Below, piece after piece: positions 17,145 through 27,087 of a stretch of 64,000 bases of DNA (within the stretch, counting starts at the first letter, position 1; each line of letters opens with the position of its first letter). Where the stretch lies: assembly GCA_003559095.1 (NCBI GenBank), contig PWMW01000057.1, positions 6,538 to 70,537 on the forward strand, written 5' to 3'. Below the pieces are notes generated by a model. It was given only the letters and a program-made list of their open reading frames with translations, searched no databases and had not been told where the DNA came from. The position numbers and the translations under genes are program-made. Source of the DNA: Clostridiales bacterium (GTDB lineage Bacteria; Bacillota; Limnochordia; Darwinibacteriales; B1SED10-159).

Positions 17145-17162
17145 GAGCCGCGCAAGCGGCTC
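17145..17162 (+). terminator. Short hairpin GAGCCGC-GCAA-GCGGCTC after the poly-His gene
   Basis: A 7-bp stem followed by TTGCTTCC. It is weak and could be an attenuator within the operon. Confidence 0.3.
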
Positions 17163-17224
17163 TTGCTTCCGTTGTTCGGCACGTACGAATGAACTCCGCC
17201 AAATTTTCTTGGGAGGTTTGATTT

Positions 17225-18136
17225 ATGTTCTTTAGCAAAGAAGGACGCATTGTCGTTTTGGGTTTGGTGGCGGCACTTTTGATAACCCTCTTGGTTCCGG
17301 CAGCTGCCACTGCCGCATCACTACGGGTGGTGGCGACGTTCTCTGTGATCGCTGACATGGCGGAGCAGGTGGGTGGCACCAAGGCTGAGGTCAGTTCCAT
17401 TGTTCCATTGGGCGGTGATCCCCACACCTGGGAACCCACACCTCGGGAAGCCCGCCATTTGGCCACGGCCGACGTTCTGCTCTATAATGGCTTGGGTCTC
17501 GAGCTGTGGGTGGACCGTCTTATTCGCAGTGCCGCCCGGCCGGACCTGCCGGTGATCGTGCTGTCTGAAGGCCTTGAGCCGATACCCGGCGCCTCGTTTG
17601 CCGCACATGTGCATGAAGAAGGCGATCCTCACTTCTGGTTGAATGTGCAGTACGGTATGCATTACGTGGAAAGGATTTTGGCTGCTTTCGTCCAGTTGGA
17701 TCCGGACAACGCGGCATATTATACTGCCAATGCCGAAAGGTATCTGCAGACATTGGCAGAATTAGATCAATGGATAGAGCAGGCTGTCCTGCAGATTCCT
17801 GAAGAGCGGCGCAAATTGGTCACGTATCATGATGCCTTCGGCTACTTGGCCCAACGCTATGGCTTTGAAATCAGCGGGTTCTTGGTTGTGAACCCGGATC
17901 GTGAACCAAGTTCCAGAGAAATGGCTAACATTGTGCGACAACTGGCTTCGCAGGAACGCCCGGTGATCTTTGTGGAACCACAGGTTAGCTCTGGTCACCG
18001 CTACGCCGAGGCTGTGGCCAGCGAGGTGGGCGGCAGCGTGGGACTTTTGTACAGTGACAGTCTCACCGAGGAGGTGCCGACGTACGTAGACATGATGCGT
18101 TGGAATGTGAATCAGTTATTGGAGGCTCTGCAATGA
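17225..18136 (+). CDS. Metal (Zn/Mn) ABC transporter substrate-binding protein, ZnuA/TroA cluster A-I
   Basis: LRVVATFSVIADM...GGDPHTWEPTP...HEEGDPHFW motifs. Confidence 0.85.
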   Translation: MFFSKEGRIVVLGLVAALLITLLVPAAATAASLRVVATFSVIADMAEQVGGTKAEVSSIVPLGGDPHTWEPTPREARHLATADVLLYNGLGLELWVDRLIRSAARPDLPVIVLSEGLEPIPGASFAAHVHEEGDPHFWLNVQYGMHYVERILAAFVQLDPDNAAYYTANAERYLQTLAELDQWIEQAVLQIPEERRKLVTYHDAFGYLAQRYGFEISGFLVVNPDREPSSREMANIVRQLASQERPVIFVEPQVSSGHRYAEAVASEVGGSVGLLYSDSLTEEVPTYVDMMRWNVNQLLEALQ

Positions 18137-18900
18137 GTGGGCAAACCGCAGGTTTGGCCGTCGAGGTCAAAGGCTTGACCGCGGCCTATGAACGTAAAGA
18201 AGTACTATCTGGTGTGAACTGGCAGGTGCCAAAGGGACACTTGGCCGCCATCATCGGGCCTAATGGCGGGGGTAAGTCTACGCTGCTCAAATCGTTGGTG
18301 GGCATGGTGCAGCCGCGAGTTGGTGAGGTGCGGCTCTTTGGTCGGCGGCCGAAGGATGCCAGGGGCGAGGTGGCGTATCTGCCGCAGTCAGAAGAGGTCG
18401 ACTGGAGCTTCCCGATCAGCGTCCTGCAGGTGGTCCTGCAGGGACGCACTGCCCATCACAGATGGTGGCAGCGCAATCATCTCCAGGATAGGGAAAAGGC
18501 CATGGAGTCATTGGGCAAAGTTAGAATGGCGGATTACGCGCACCGGCCTATCGGAGCCCTTTCGGGAGGGCAGAAGCAGCGAGTATTCATTGCACGGGCT
18601 CTAGCTCAGGACGCGGATTTGGTTATCATGGATGAACCCGGGACCGGTTTGGATTCCACGGCACAGCACGAACTGTTGGATCTTTTCGTGGAGATGAAAG
18701 CGGCCGGCCATACGGTTGTTATTACCACCCACGATCTCAACTGTTTGGCAGAGCACTTCGACTTGGTCTTGGGTCTTAACGGGATCGTCATGGTTGCAGG
18801 ACCACCGCGGGAAGTCTTGACAGGGGAAATCATCACGTCGCTATTTTCACGTCACTTTCCGGTTATCACACCTGAAGGGGGAGTGGCTATGCATGATTGA
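18133..18900 (+). CDS. Metal ABC transporter ATP-binding protein (ZnuC-like)
   Basis: GPNGGGKST, LSGGQKQR and LVIMDEPGTGLD motifs. The ATGA overlaps the SBP stop. Confidence 0.85.
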   Translation: MSGQTAGLAVEVKGLTAAYERKEVLSGVNWQVPKGHLAAIIGPNGGGKSTLLKSLVGMVQPRVGEVRLFGRRPKDARGEVAYLPQSEEVDWSFPISVLQVVLQGRTAHHRWWQRNHLQDREKAMESLGKVRMADYAHRPIGALSGGQKQRVFIARALAQDADLVIMDEPGTGLDSTAQHELLDLFVEMKAAGHTVVITTHDLNCLAEHFDLVLGLNGIVMVAGPPREVLTGEIITSLFSRHFPVITPEGGVAMHD

Positions 18901-19747
18901 TTTTTTCTTGGAGCCCTTTCAGTTCTCCTTTATGACGCGAGCGTTGGCTGGCACAGCGATGATTGCCCTTCTATCTGCCATGATTGGAACGTTCGTGGTG
19001 CTGAAAGGGTTGGCATTCATTGGGGATGCCATCGCCCATACCAGTTTTAGCGGGCTAGCCCTGGCACTGCTTGTGGGGATGAATCTTTATGTTGGTGCCT
19101 TGATCTTTGCTCTGCTGACTGCTTTTGGAGTTACGTTTCTTCAGCGCACGGCCAAAATGCGCAGTGACACGGCCTTGGCTATCATGTTCACTGGCGCGTT
19201 TTCCTTCGGGATCATTTTGCTGGCGGCCATGCCCAACTTTGCCGGGGACTTGACTGCTTTGTTACTGGGTTCGGTTCTGGGTATCCGCATGCAGGAGCTC
19301 TATTGGATCGCGGGCGCTGTTTTGGTGACAGCCGCCATCTTGGCCTTGGTATGGGACCATTTGGTCTACGTTTCCTTTGATCCTGTGGGCGCGGAGGCTG
19401 CGGGACTACCTGTAACAAAGATCCAATTACTGCTGCTCTCATTGATCGCCGGTGCCATTGTGGTATCGATTCAGGCTGTAGGTATGATTCTAGTGGTGGC
19501 ACTGCTCATAACCCCAGCGGCTACGGCGTCCATTTTTACCCGGCGTTTGGTGCCCATGATGATCGTGGCGGCGGGCTTTGGTTTGCTGGCCGTGTTCGTG
19601 GGTTTGCTGCTGTCCTACTATTTGTCAGCCCCACCTGGCGCCACGATTGTTCTTGTAGCCACTCTTGAGTTCGGCATTGCTCTGGCTGTGTCTGCTGGTG
19701 TGCGGCGTCTTTTGTGGCGAACGGCAATGGAGGTGAGGGAGACATGA
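18893..19747 (+). CDS. Metal ABC transporter permease (ZnuB-like)
   Basis: 284-aa polytopic ABC-3 family pattern, overlapping both neighbouring genes. Confidence 0.8.
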   Translation: MIDFFLEPFQFSFMTRALAGTAMIALLSAMIGTFVVLKGLAFIGDAIAHTSFSGLALALLVGMNLYVGALIFALLTAFGVTFLQRTAKMRSDTALAIMFTGAFSFGIILLAAMPNFAGDLTALLLGSVLGIRMQELYWIAGAVLVTAAILALVWDHLVYVSFDPVGAEAAGLPVTKIQLLLLSLIAGAIVVSIQAVGMILVVALLITPAATASIFTRRLVPMMIVAAGFGLLAVFVGLLLSYYLSAPPGATIVLVATLEFGIALAVSAGVRRLLWRTAMEVRET

Positions 19748-20298
19748 AGATCGGTCTAATTAGTGACACCCATGGCAGCCTCAAGGCTTGGAGGGCTGCG
19801 TTAGCAGGCCCGTTAGCGGGCAGCCACATGATATTGCATGCTGGCGATGTTTTGTACCATGGACCGCGCAATCCGCTGCCTGATGGGTATGCCGCCGGTG
19901 ACCTAGCCGAAGCTATGAACCAATGCTCAACACCCATTGCTGTCGCCCGGGGCAACTGTGATAGCGAAGTGGATGCAATGGTACTCAATGTACCGCTGCA
20001 GTCTCCTGTGGCCGTATGGCCCACAACCCAGGGGACCGTAGTGGTGGTTCATGGGCATCGTTACACCGAGGACGATCTGGTGGAGCTGGGACGGCGTACT
20101 AGGGCGGCCATCGTGGTCAGCGGCCATACACATATTCCCAGCGTGGTTCGGAAGGATGGACTGTGGCTGGTCAACCCTGGCAGCCCGTCACTACCCAAGG
20201 GCACCGACCCGGTTCCGTCCGCAGGATGGCTTGACGATGATGGGATTCGAGTCGTGGATCTTCACAGCGGGGAGCCGCTGTTTTGGGAAGGGTGGTAG
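19744..20298 (+). CDS. YfcE/MJ0936-type metallophosphoesterase
   Basis: ISDTHG, AGDVL, GNCD, HGH and GHTH motifs. The ATGA overlaps the permease stop. Confidence 0.75.
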   Translation: MKIGLISDTHGSLKAWRAALAGPLAGSHMILHAGDVLYHGPRNPLPDGYAAGDLAEAMNQCSTPIAVARGNCDSEVDAMVLNVPLQSPVAVWPTTQGTVVVVHGHRYTEDDLVELGRRTRAAIVVSGHTHIPSVVRKDGLWLVNPGSPSLPKGTDPVPSAGWLDDDGIRVVDLHSGEPLFWEGW

Positions 20299-20302
20299 AG
20301 CC

Positions 20303-21052
20303 ATGAACCAAAGATTTGATGGCAAGGTTGTGGTTGTGACTGGAGGAGGCCGTGGCATCGGCAGAGCCGTGGCCGCAGGGTTTCTCAAAGAAGGCGCCAC
20401 CGTCATTTTGGCTGAGCGCCAGCAGGAAACAGCCCTAGCCACCGCGGGGGAACTATCGATGTTGGGGCTGGTGCATGGCCGAGTGGTGGACATTGCTGAT
20501 GAAAGGCAGGTCTCAGAGCTGGCCGACTGGCTGCGCAGCGAGTTCGGAGCCATCCACGGCTTGATCAACAATGCTGGCTTCGGCATCTCGGGCTCCATTG
20601 ATACGTTGACCATGGAGCAATGGGATACCGTCATGAACACCAACCTGCGCGGAGCATTCTTAACCAGTCAGAGACTGACACCGCTTCTGGAAAAAGGGGC
20701 ACCGGCCAGTATCATACATATTGCCTCCACCCGCGCCGTTATGTCTGAACCGGACACATTCCCGTACTCCGCTTCCAAGGGCGGGTTGCGAGCACTTACC
20801 CACAGCATGGCAGTGAGCCTGGGGCCACGCGGCATCAGGGTCAACTCCATAAGTCCCGGTTGGATTCACACCGGCGAGCCAGAGATTCTGCGATCTATTG
20901 ATCACAGCCAGCACCCCGTGGGCCGCGTTGGAAACCCAGATGACATTGCTGAGGCATGCCTGTTCCTGGCTTCCGACAAGGCGGGCTTCATTACAGGTAC
21001 GGACTTGACTGTGGATGGCGGCATGACTGTCAAGATGATCTACGCCGATTAA
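20303..21052 (+). CDS. Short-chain dehydrogenase/reductase (SDR)
   Basis: TGGGRGIG, NNAG and YSASK motifs. The track ORF from 20051 is an upstream over-extension. Confidence 0.85.
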   Translation: MNQRFDGKVVVVTGGGRGIGRAVAAGFLKEGATVILAERQQETALATAGELSMLGLVHGRVVDIADERQVSELADWLRSEFGAIHGLINNAGFGISGSIDTLTMEQWDTVMNTNLRGAFLTSQRLTPLLEKGAPASIIHIASTRAVMSEPDTFPYSASKGGLRALTHSMAVSLGPRGIRVNSISPGWIHTGEPEILRSIDHSQHPVGRVGNPDDIAEACLFLASDKAGFITGTDLTVDGGMTVKMIYAD

Positions 21053-21138
21053 CGGCGTTGCCGAATAACAGCGTTGCCGATTGACTGCGTTTGCGTGCCC
21101 GTTGTCATCCCTGACTGCTGTTAGGCTGGCCAACGACT

Positions 21139-21158
21139 CTTCCCCGCGGGAAGTTTTT
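21139..21158 (+). terminator. Rho-independent terminator CTTCCC-CGC-GGGAAG + TTTTT
   Basis: The stem plus a T5 run lie downstream of the SDR gene. Confidence 0.55.
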
Positions 21159-21255
21159 GTCGCGTTATGGTCAGCTTCTTTGTGGTACAATGAAGAAAGA
21201 CTGAGCTTAGGCCTTGGTCAGCTGCCTTGTATTGGTGCGAAAGGATGGACATTGG

Positions 21256-22167
21256 ATGCTTCAGGGTAATGGCCTGGTGACACACGTGCGTCCCCAGGAA
21301 GATGGTTGGATGTTGAAGGAAATTATCTACGGTCGGCTTCGTTTGAGTCGGGGCCTGCTGCGGCGAATGCGTTCAGGTGGAGCGGTGTATCTGAATGGCC
21401 AGCCGGCGTATATTACACAGCGGGGGCAAACCGGTGATGAACTGGCTATCGAATTTGCTGACAGCCAGAGTGCTCTGGAGCCAGAACCCATCCCCTTGGA
21501 TATCGTTTATGAAGACAGCAGTGTGTTAGTGGTGAACAAGCCCGCCGGTTTGGCGGTTCATCCTACACGGACATATCCCGCCGGTACCTTAGCCAACGGC
21601 ATCGCAGCTCTCTGGAAGGAGCGCGGTTACAGACGAAGGGTACGGCTTCTCCACCGCCTCGATCGAGAGACATCCGGCCTGTTAATGGTAGCCAAAGAAC
21701 CATATGCCTACCAGCGGCTGTCATTGCAGTTTCAAGACGGAACCCTTAAGCGTCGGTACTTGGCCTTGGTAGCCGGCAGCCTCCAAGAACCGTCGGGCAC
21801 CATCTGTCAACCCATAGGACGGCAGTTGGGTGGCGGAGGCCATTCGCTGCGGCGCTCCGTGGCAACGGATGGTCGCGAAGCTGTTACGCACTACGAGCTG
21901 CTTCAGCGATATCAGGGTTGTTCATTGGTGCGATTGTCGCTGGAAACTGGTCGCACCCACCAAATTCGGGTGCACATGGCGTGGCTGGGTCATCCACTGC
22001 TCGGCGATGACATGTATGGAGGACCCACCCAATGGTTCAATAGACAGGCTCTGCACGCCTATGCCATGGAGTTTGTCCACCCCCGCTCGGGCCTCGTGGT
22101 GAAGCTGCGAGTACCGGTTCCGGCAGACATGAAACAGCTCCTCTTGGAAAGGAAGATCGCGCAGTGA
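21256..22167 (+). CDS. RluA/RluD-family pseudouridine synthase with N-terminal S4 domain
   Basis: HRLDRETSGLLMVAK and GRTHQIRVH motifs. Confidence 0.85.
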   Translation: MLQGNGLVTHVRPQEDGWMLKEIIYGRLRLSRGLLRRMRSGGAVYLNGQPAYITQRGQTGDELAIEFADSQSALEPEPIPLDIVYEDSSVLVVNKPAGLAVHPTRTYPAGTLANGIAALWKERGYRRRVRLLHRLDRETSGLLMVAKEPYAYQRLSLQFQDGTLKRRYLALVAGSLQEPSGTICQPIGRQLGGGGHSLRRSVATDGREAVTHYELLQRYQGCSLVRLSLETGRTHQIRVHMAWLGHPLLGDDMYGGPTQWFNRQALHAYAMEFVHPRSGLVVKLRVPVPADMKQLLLERKIAQ

Positions 22168-22589
22168 TAGTTACGCTCCCCATTCTCCAAAAAGGCCTGC
22201 AGAAAGGATTGCAGACCACGTTGGAATTGGCAAAAGTCATAATTCCCACGGCCATCGTTATCAAAATTTTGGAAGCCAGCGGAGCCTTGGATGTTCTGGC
22301 TGGCTGGTTCGCGCCCTTTATGGGCTGGCTGGGTTTGCCCGGCGAAGCAGCCTTGGTACTGTTTAGCGGTTATTTCATCAACCTATATGCTGCCATAGGC
22401 AGTATGACGGCCATGAATCTGCCGATGGAAGCCATGGTCATTTTGGCGGTCATGCTGGGCATATGTCATACCTTGATCATTGAGTTGGCCGTGAGCAAGA
22501 AAGCAGGCTGTCCAGTGTCGTACATTCTTCCTCTGCGCATGGGCTTGTCGCTTTTGGTGGGTGTGGTTTTGGGAGGCTTGATGGGATGA
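22164..22589 (+). CDS. Nucleoside-recognition (Gate) domain membrane protein
   Basis: LELAKVIIPTAIVIKILE...LGLPGEAALVLFSGYFINLYAAIG pattern, translationally coupled to the next gene. Confidence 0.55.
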   Translation: MIVTLPILQKGLQKGLQTTLELAKVIIPTAIVIKILEASGALDVLAGWFAPFMGWLGLPGEAALVLFSGYFINLYAAIGSMTAMNLPMEAMVILAVMLGICHTLIIELAVSKKAGCPVSYILPLRMGLSLLVGVVLGGLMG

Positions 22590-23077
22590 CCGAGATACTT
22601 TGGCAGGGTTTCATGAATGGACTGCAGGGTGTTTGGACATTGGCCCGGATTGTGATTCCCTTAATGGTAGTTCTGGAAATCTTCAAGGCCAATGCCTGGT
22701 TGGATCGGGCCAACGGGGTCATTGCTCCGCCATTTCGCAAGATTGGGCTCTCGCAAGAAGGTGCATTCCCCGTGTTGGTTGCCACTGTCTTTGGGCTCAC
22801 CTTTGGTTCGGGGGTCATCTTGGCCAATATCAGGGAAGGGCGCCTCAGTCAAGAGGAAATCCGCATCAGCGGCACGTTCATGGCGATCTGTCATTCTCTG
22901 ATTGAAGATACGCTGTTGTTCGCAGTACTGGGTGTACCCATCTGGATTCTTGTGATGCCCCGCCTCGTATTGGCTGTTCTGGCCAGTTACGTTGTTTTCA
23001 AGGGTACCCAGTTGTGGATTCAGTGGCGGCAGGGAAAATCAGGAAGAACAAAAAGATCCAGTAGTTTGTCGGCTTGA
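22586..23077 (+). CDS. Nucleoside-recognition (Gate) domain membrane protein, partner of the previous gene
   Basis: The same family pattern (ARIVIPLMVVLEIFK...), with a 4-nt overlap on the upstream gene. Confidence 0.55.
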   Translation: MTEILWQGFMNGLQGVWTLARIVIPLMVVLEIFKANAWLDRANGVIAPPFRKIGLSQEGAFPVLVATVFGLTFGSGVILANIREGRLSQEEIRISGTFMAICHSLIEDTLLFAVLGVPIWILVMPRLVLAVLASYVVFKGTQLWIQWRQGKSGRTKRSSSLSA

Positions 23078-23116
23078 GGGCATCGTAATGTTTCTCTGCT
23101 GCAGGGGGAATGGAGG

Positions 23117-23380
23117 ATGAGCGAACGGCACTTCGCCTACATACTGCGCTGCGCCGATGGGACCTACTATTGCGGCTATACCACGGATTTAGAGCGGCGA
23201 GTGCGGCAGCATAACCACGGCGATGCGTCGAAATATACGCGCTCGCGGCTGCCGGTGGAATTAGTATATTTTGAGGAGTATACTACGAAAAACGAAGCCA
23301 TGGCCCGGGAGTACACACTGAAAAAGCTGCCGCGTCGCAAAAAGGCCCAGCTAGGAAGTTTTCAGTGCTCATTTTCATGA
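23117..23380 (+). CDS. Small GIY-YIG (UPF0213) nuclease-domain protein
   Basis: FAYILRCADGTYYCGYTTDLERRVRQHN...KNEAMAREYTLKK. Confidence 0.8.
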   Translation: MSERHFAYILRCADGTYYCGYTTDLERRVRQHNHGDASKYTRSRLPVELVYFEEYTTKNEAMAREYTLKKLPRRKKAQLGSFQCSFS

Positions 23381-23494
23381 TGGAGCTGGGCAGGATCAAG
23401 GTCAAGTTTGTTAAGAATATAAAAAGGAATTGCCTGTTTTTGTCGAATTAAGAACTGTAACCTAACGGTCGGAAAACGAAACGGAGGGGATTTG

Positions 23495-24760
23495 ATGATC
23501 GCAGGCAATAACAATCATAACGAAACGGCGCTCGATGTGGCTCTGCAGCAGATGAACGAGGCAGCTGATTTGATCCATTTGGATCAATCCACGCGCAATC
23601 TGTTGAGTAAACCGAAGCGAGTTTTGTCCGTGGCCGTGCCCGTGCAAATGGATGATGGCAGTGTTCAGGTCTTCGATGGGTATCGAGTGCAGCACAACTT
23701 GGCCCGTGGACCAGCCAAGGGCGGAATACGCTTTCATCCGGAAGTAACCATGGATGAAGTTGTTGCGTTGGCCATGTGGATGACATGGAAATGTGCAGTT
23801 GTAGACATACCGTATGGGGGAGCCAAAGGCGGTATCGTTGTGGACCCAAAAAAACTGTCCATCGGCGAAATTGAGCGCATGACGCGTCGCTTTACCAGTG
23901 AAATCAGTATGATCATTGGGCCCGAAAAGGACATCCCGGCCCCCGATGTGAACACGAACCCTCAGGTAATGGCTTGGATCATGGACACATACAGTATGGA
24001 GATGGGATACTCCATTCCCGCGGTAGTTACTGGGAAGCCCATTGAAGTGGGCGGTTCTGTGGGTCGTGCCGATGCAACCAGTCGTGGTTGTGTATTTACC
24101 ATTATTGACTTAGCTGGCCGCATCGGCCTTGATCTGGAAGGTGCCACAGTGGCTGTCCAAGGTTATGGCAATGTGGGCTCCAATGCAGCCTTTATGCTGG
24201 AAGACTTAGGCTGCAAGGTGGTGGCCGTTAGTGACGTGGAAGGCGGCATTTACAATGAGAACGGCCTTAACACGAGGGCCGTGGCGGATACCGTCAGGGA
24301 GTCAGGGTCTGTGGTGAACTACCCTGATGCAGAGCATATCTCCAATGATGAGCTCTTGGTGCTTCCTGTGGATATTTTGGTGCCAGCGGCGCTGGAGAAC
24401 CAAATTACGGGGCGCAACGCCAAAAATGTCAGAGCCAAGGTTATCGCGGAGGGGGCCAATGGTCCTCTGACTCCAGAAGCTGATGCGATCCTGCGGGATA
24501 AGGGCTGCATTGTGATTCCGGATATTTTGGCCAACGCCGGTGGCGTAACTGTTTCCTACTTTGAGTGGGTTCAAGGTATTCAGGCGTTGTCTTGGACGGC
24601 AGAACAGGTGCAGCGAGAGCTGAAGCGTCGTATGACTACGGCCTTTGAAGCGGTGTACAGTTATGCGCAGGAGGAGAAACTAGACATGCGGACGGCAGCG
24701 TATGTCATTGCTCTGAAGCGGGTGGCGCAGGCCATCAAACTGCGAGGCGTGTATCCATAG
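23495..24760 (+). CDS. gdh: Glutamate dehydrogenase (Glu/Leu/Phe/Val dehydrogenase family)
   Basis: KGGIRFHP, IPYGGAKGG and GYGNVG motifs. ATG behind GGAGGGG. Confidence 0.9.
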   Translation: MIAGNNNHNETALDVALQQMNEAADLIHLDQSTRNLLSKPKRVLSVAVPVQMDDGSVQVFDGYRVQHNLARGPAKGGIRFHPEVTMDEVVALAMWMTWKCAVVDIPYGGAKGGIVVDPKKLSIGEIERMTRRFTSEISMIIGPEKDIPAPDVNTNPQVMAWIMDTYSMEMGYSIPAVVTGKPIEVGGSVGRADATSRGCVFTIIDLAGRIGLDLEGATVAVQGYGNVGSNAAFMLEDLGCKVVAVSDVEGGIYNENGLNTRAVADTVRESGSVVNYPDAEHISNDELLVLPVDILVPAALENQITGRNAKNVRAKVIAEGANGPLTPEADAILRDKGCIVIPDILANAGGVTVSYFEWVQGIQALSWTAEQVQRELKRRMTTAFEAVYSYAQEEKLDMRTAAYVIALKRVAQAIKLRGVYP

Positions 24761-24826
24761 GGACCGGAACGTATTTCCAATGAAAAAACAGCACGGCGCT
24801 GGTTGAACGAACCAGGTCAGCGAAAA

Positions 24827-24857
24827 AAGGCCCTCACCAATGAACGGTGAGGGCCTT
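24827..24857. terminator. Bidirectional terminator AAGGCCCTCACC-7nt-GGTGAGGGCCTT between convergent genes
   Basis: A 12-bp perfect stem flanked by an A6 run on the left and TTT on the right. Confidence 0.7.
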
Positions 24858-24884
24858 TGGCGTCTGGATGGAATCGTTCAGTGA

Positions 24885-26207
24885 TTAAAGGGGAAAGATG
24901 GCCACATCCTTGAGCTGCCAATATTGGTCTAGGGGCGTAAGCTGCAGGCGCACAAGATGGCGGTGTTGATCCGTAGTCAGTATCACGTGGAATCTGACGG
25001 AACCCGTCTCTGCATGGGTTACATCCTGAATTTGCGTCTGCAGGACATCACCTATGGATCTGACAAAGGCTGCCAGAGCTTGCCGTTGCTCATCATCGGC
25101 AAACGAACGATCCCACCACAAAGAGTCCTGGGTCCATGGGGTGGTCAGCAGCCGCTCTAGCCACAGCTCCAAACTTTCCAAGAGAACACCGGTGTCTTGG
25201 GATGGTGCTGGTGTAATCTGTAGTTCCGTGACATACCAGGTGGAATCAACCAACTGCCACCCTTTGGTCCAATACACCTCACGGCCGTCCCATTCAGCCT
25301 GGAACCGGCTTTCTGCTGTATTCTCGTCCAACTGCTGCCACTGCCAGTCAGCTGCAGCCTGCAGGTGCGAAAGGGCATCCTTGATCCGCTGCAGTTGTTG
25401 CGGCTCTCGCAGTACGTTGCTGAAATAGTTCTCCCAATCCTCCACCGAAGACTCTTGTTCCCACAGTTGCTGCAGGGAGAGGCTGCGTTCAGCAAACGGA
25501 ACGTCCAGGGGTTCGGGCTCTAGGGGGGCGGTGTCTTCGTCGGTGTCTAAAGGAGCCGCCGGAGGTTCATCGGTGTCCTGGTCCACTTCGGGAACTCCAT
25601 GGTCGGTACCGGGCGGCACTGGGGATGGGGTGTCAGTGGGTTCTGGAGGCGCAACAGCGGTCCCCGAAAACTCAATGACTGGGTAATCCTCAGTGACCGC
25701 ACGGCGAAATTTGCGAACCCCGGGACCGGCTGGAAGTTGCTCCCAGGTCCCCGTCAACTGACCGCTGCTGTCCGGTGCGAACTCCACGGTCAAGGTCTCC
25801 AGACTGAAAATGTTGGACATACGCGGGAACCAGAGGGAATCCTCCGCAAGGCGTCCTGATTCCAAAACGCCACTGGGAAGGATGCCTTCGTACGAAATCT
25901 CCAAGGGCTGCGGTGATTGCGGCTGCGAGCGCAGTGTCACCGTGAGGCGGGTGGCTGAGGGACGCCGATCAACTCCATAGCTGAGCATACCCGGAATCCA
26001 GATGGCCGTAACCTGGGCACCTGGAAAGAGAGAAAATTCCAGCGTCGAACTTTCTAGGGTTACCGTAAAGGCCGCAGTGACGCGCAAAAATTCCTGTTCC
26101 GGTTGGAAAAAAACATGGATTGCATCGGCCTCGACGGCGGAGGATACGGCGCTGGAAAAGTGCAGCAACAATAAAAAAATCATGGCAAGGATCTTCACGG
26201 AATTCAA
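24885..26207 (-). CDS. Secreted hypothetical protein (signal peptide, acidic Pro-rich linker, Trp-rich C-terminal domain)
   Basis: MNSVKILAMIFLLLLHFSSAVSSAVEA signal peptide and PPEPTDTPSPVPPGTDHGVPEVDQDTDEPPAAPLDTDEDTAPLEPEPLD linker. I recognise no family. Confidence 0.6.
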   Translation of the reverse strand: MNSVKILAMIFLLLLHFSSAVSSAVEADAIHVFFQPEQEFLRVTAAFTVTLESSTLEFSLFPGAQVTAIWIPGMLSYGVDRRPSATRLTVTLRSQPQSPQPLEISYEGILPSGVLESGRLAEDSLWFPRMSNIFSLETLTVEFAPDSSGQLTGTWEQLPAGPGVRKFRRAVTEDYPVIEFSGTAVAPPEPTDTPSPVPPGTDHGVPEVDQDTDEPPAAPLDTDEDTAPLEPEPLDVPFAERSLSLQQLWEQESSVEDWENYFSNVLREPQQLQRIKDALSHLQAAADWQWQQLDENTAESRFQAEWDGREVYWTKGWQLVDSTWYVTELQITPAPSQDTGVLLESLELWLERLLTTPWTQDSLWWDRSFADDEQRQALAAFVRSIGDVLQTQIQDVTHAETGSVRFHVILTTDQHRHLVRLQLTPLDQYWQLKDVAIFPL

Positions 26208-26331
26208 CCTCCCACTGCACTAATTCGCAGTTTCAGACAGCAATCCTTCTCAAAAGATGGATATTGGCTCTCGCGGCCCCGTATTGCCAAACATGCTCGG
26301 TCAGCGTAAACTGGTATTTGGGAGGGGTACT

Positions 26332-27087
26332 ATGAGAAAGCATTGGCTTTGGTTCGTGCGCGGGCTTCCGTTCGGTCTAGCCAACATCCTGCCCGGTATC
26401 AGTGGGGGCACTGTAGCCCTTGTGTTGGGGTATTACGATGAGGTAGTGGCTGCTGTCAAAGGGCTCCGCTTCGCGGCGCTGGTACCGTGGGTTTTGGGAA
26501 TTGGCGCCAGTATTTTGGGAGGCTCGTGGCTGATCCTCAGTCTTCTAGAGCGGCACACAACGTCTGTCTATGCCGTTATGTTGGGGTTCATTTTTGCATC
26601 GGCCGCATTGGTGGCTCGCCATAGTGACCTGCGGGAGCGGCGTCAGCTCTGGGCGTTTGTGGCATTGGGAGCGGCCGGTGCTTGGTTGTTCGCCGGCACT
26701 CGCTTAACGGCGCCGATGGCTGAACCGTCCATGATCAGCTTGTTTTTCGTGGGCGTGGCTGCCAGTTCGGCCATGATCGTTCCAGGCATCAGTGGTGCTG
26801 CCGTGTTCTTAATTTTCGGCTACTACCAGCCCATCCTAGAGGCGGTAACTCAGCTGGATTTTACCGTGCTGGTCCCAACGGGTGCAGGCGTGGTGGCAGG
26901 AGTTTTGCTATTGGCCCACATCATGAACTTTCTGCTCCGTCAGTGGCCGCATTTGACCTATGCGCTGCTAAGCGGGCTGATCCTGGGATCCACTCGGATG
27001 GTGTTGGTGGAGCCCACGGTTTGGCATGGCATTCTGTTTGCCGTGGGGTTCGCTGCTGCACTGCGTCTGGGTCCCGTTAAGCTTTAG
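26332..27087 (+). CDS. DUF368 membrane protein (family recently linked to undecaprenyl-phosphate recycling)
   Basis: GLANILPGISGGTVALVLGYYDE and a second PGISGAAVFLIFGYY repeat. ATG 26332 behind GGGAGGGG. Confidence 0.8.
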   Translation: MRKHWLWFVRGLPFGLANILPGISGGTVALVLGYYDEVVAAVKGLRFAALVPWVLGIGASILGGSWLILSLLERHTTSVYAVMLGFIFASAALVARHSDLRERRQLWAFVALGAAGAWLFAGTRLTAPMAEPSMISLFFVGVAASSAMIVPGISGAAVFLIFGYYQPILEAVTQLDFTVLVPTGAGVVAGVLLLAHIMNFLLRQWPHLTYALLSGLILGSTRMVLVEPTVWHGILFAVGFAAALRLGPVKL

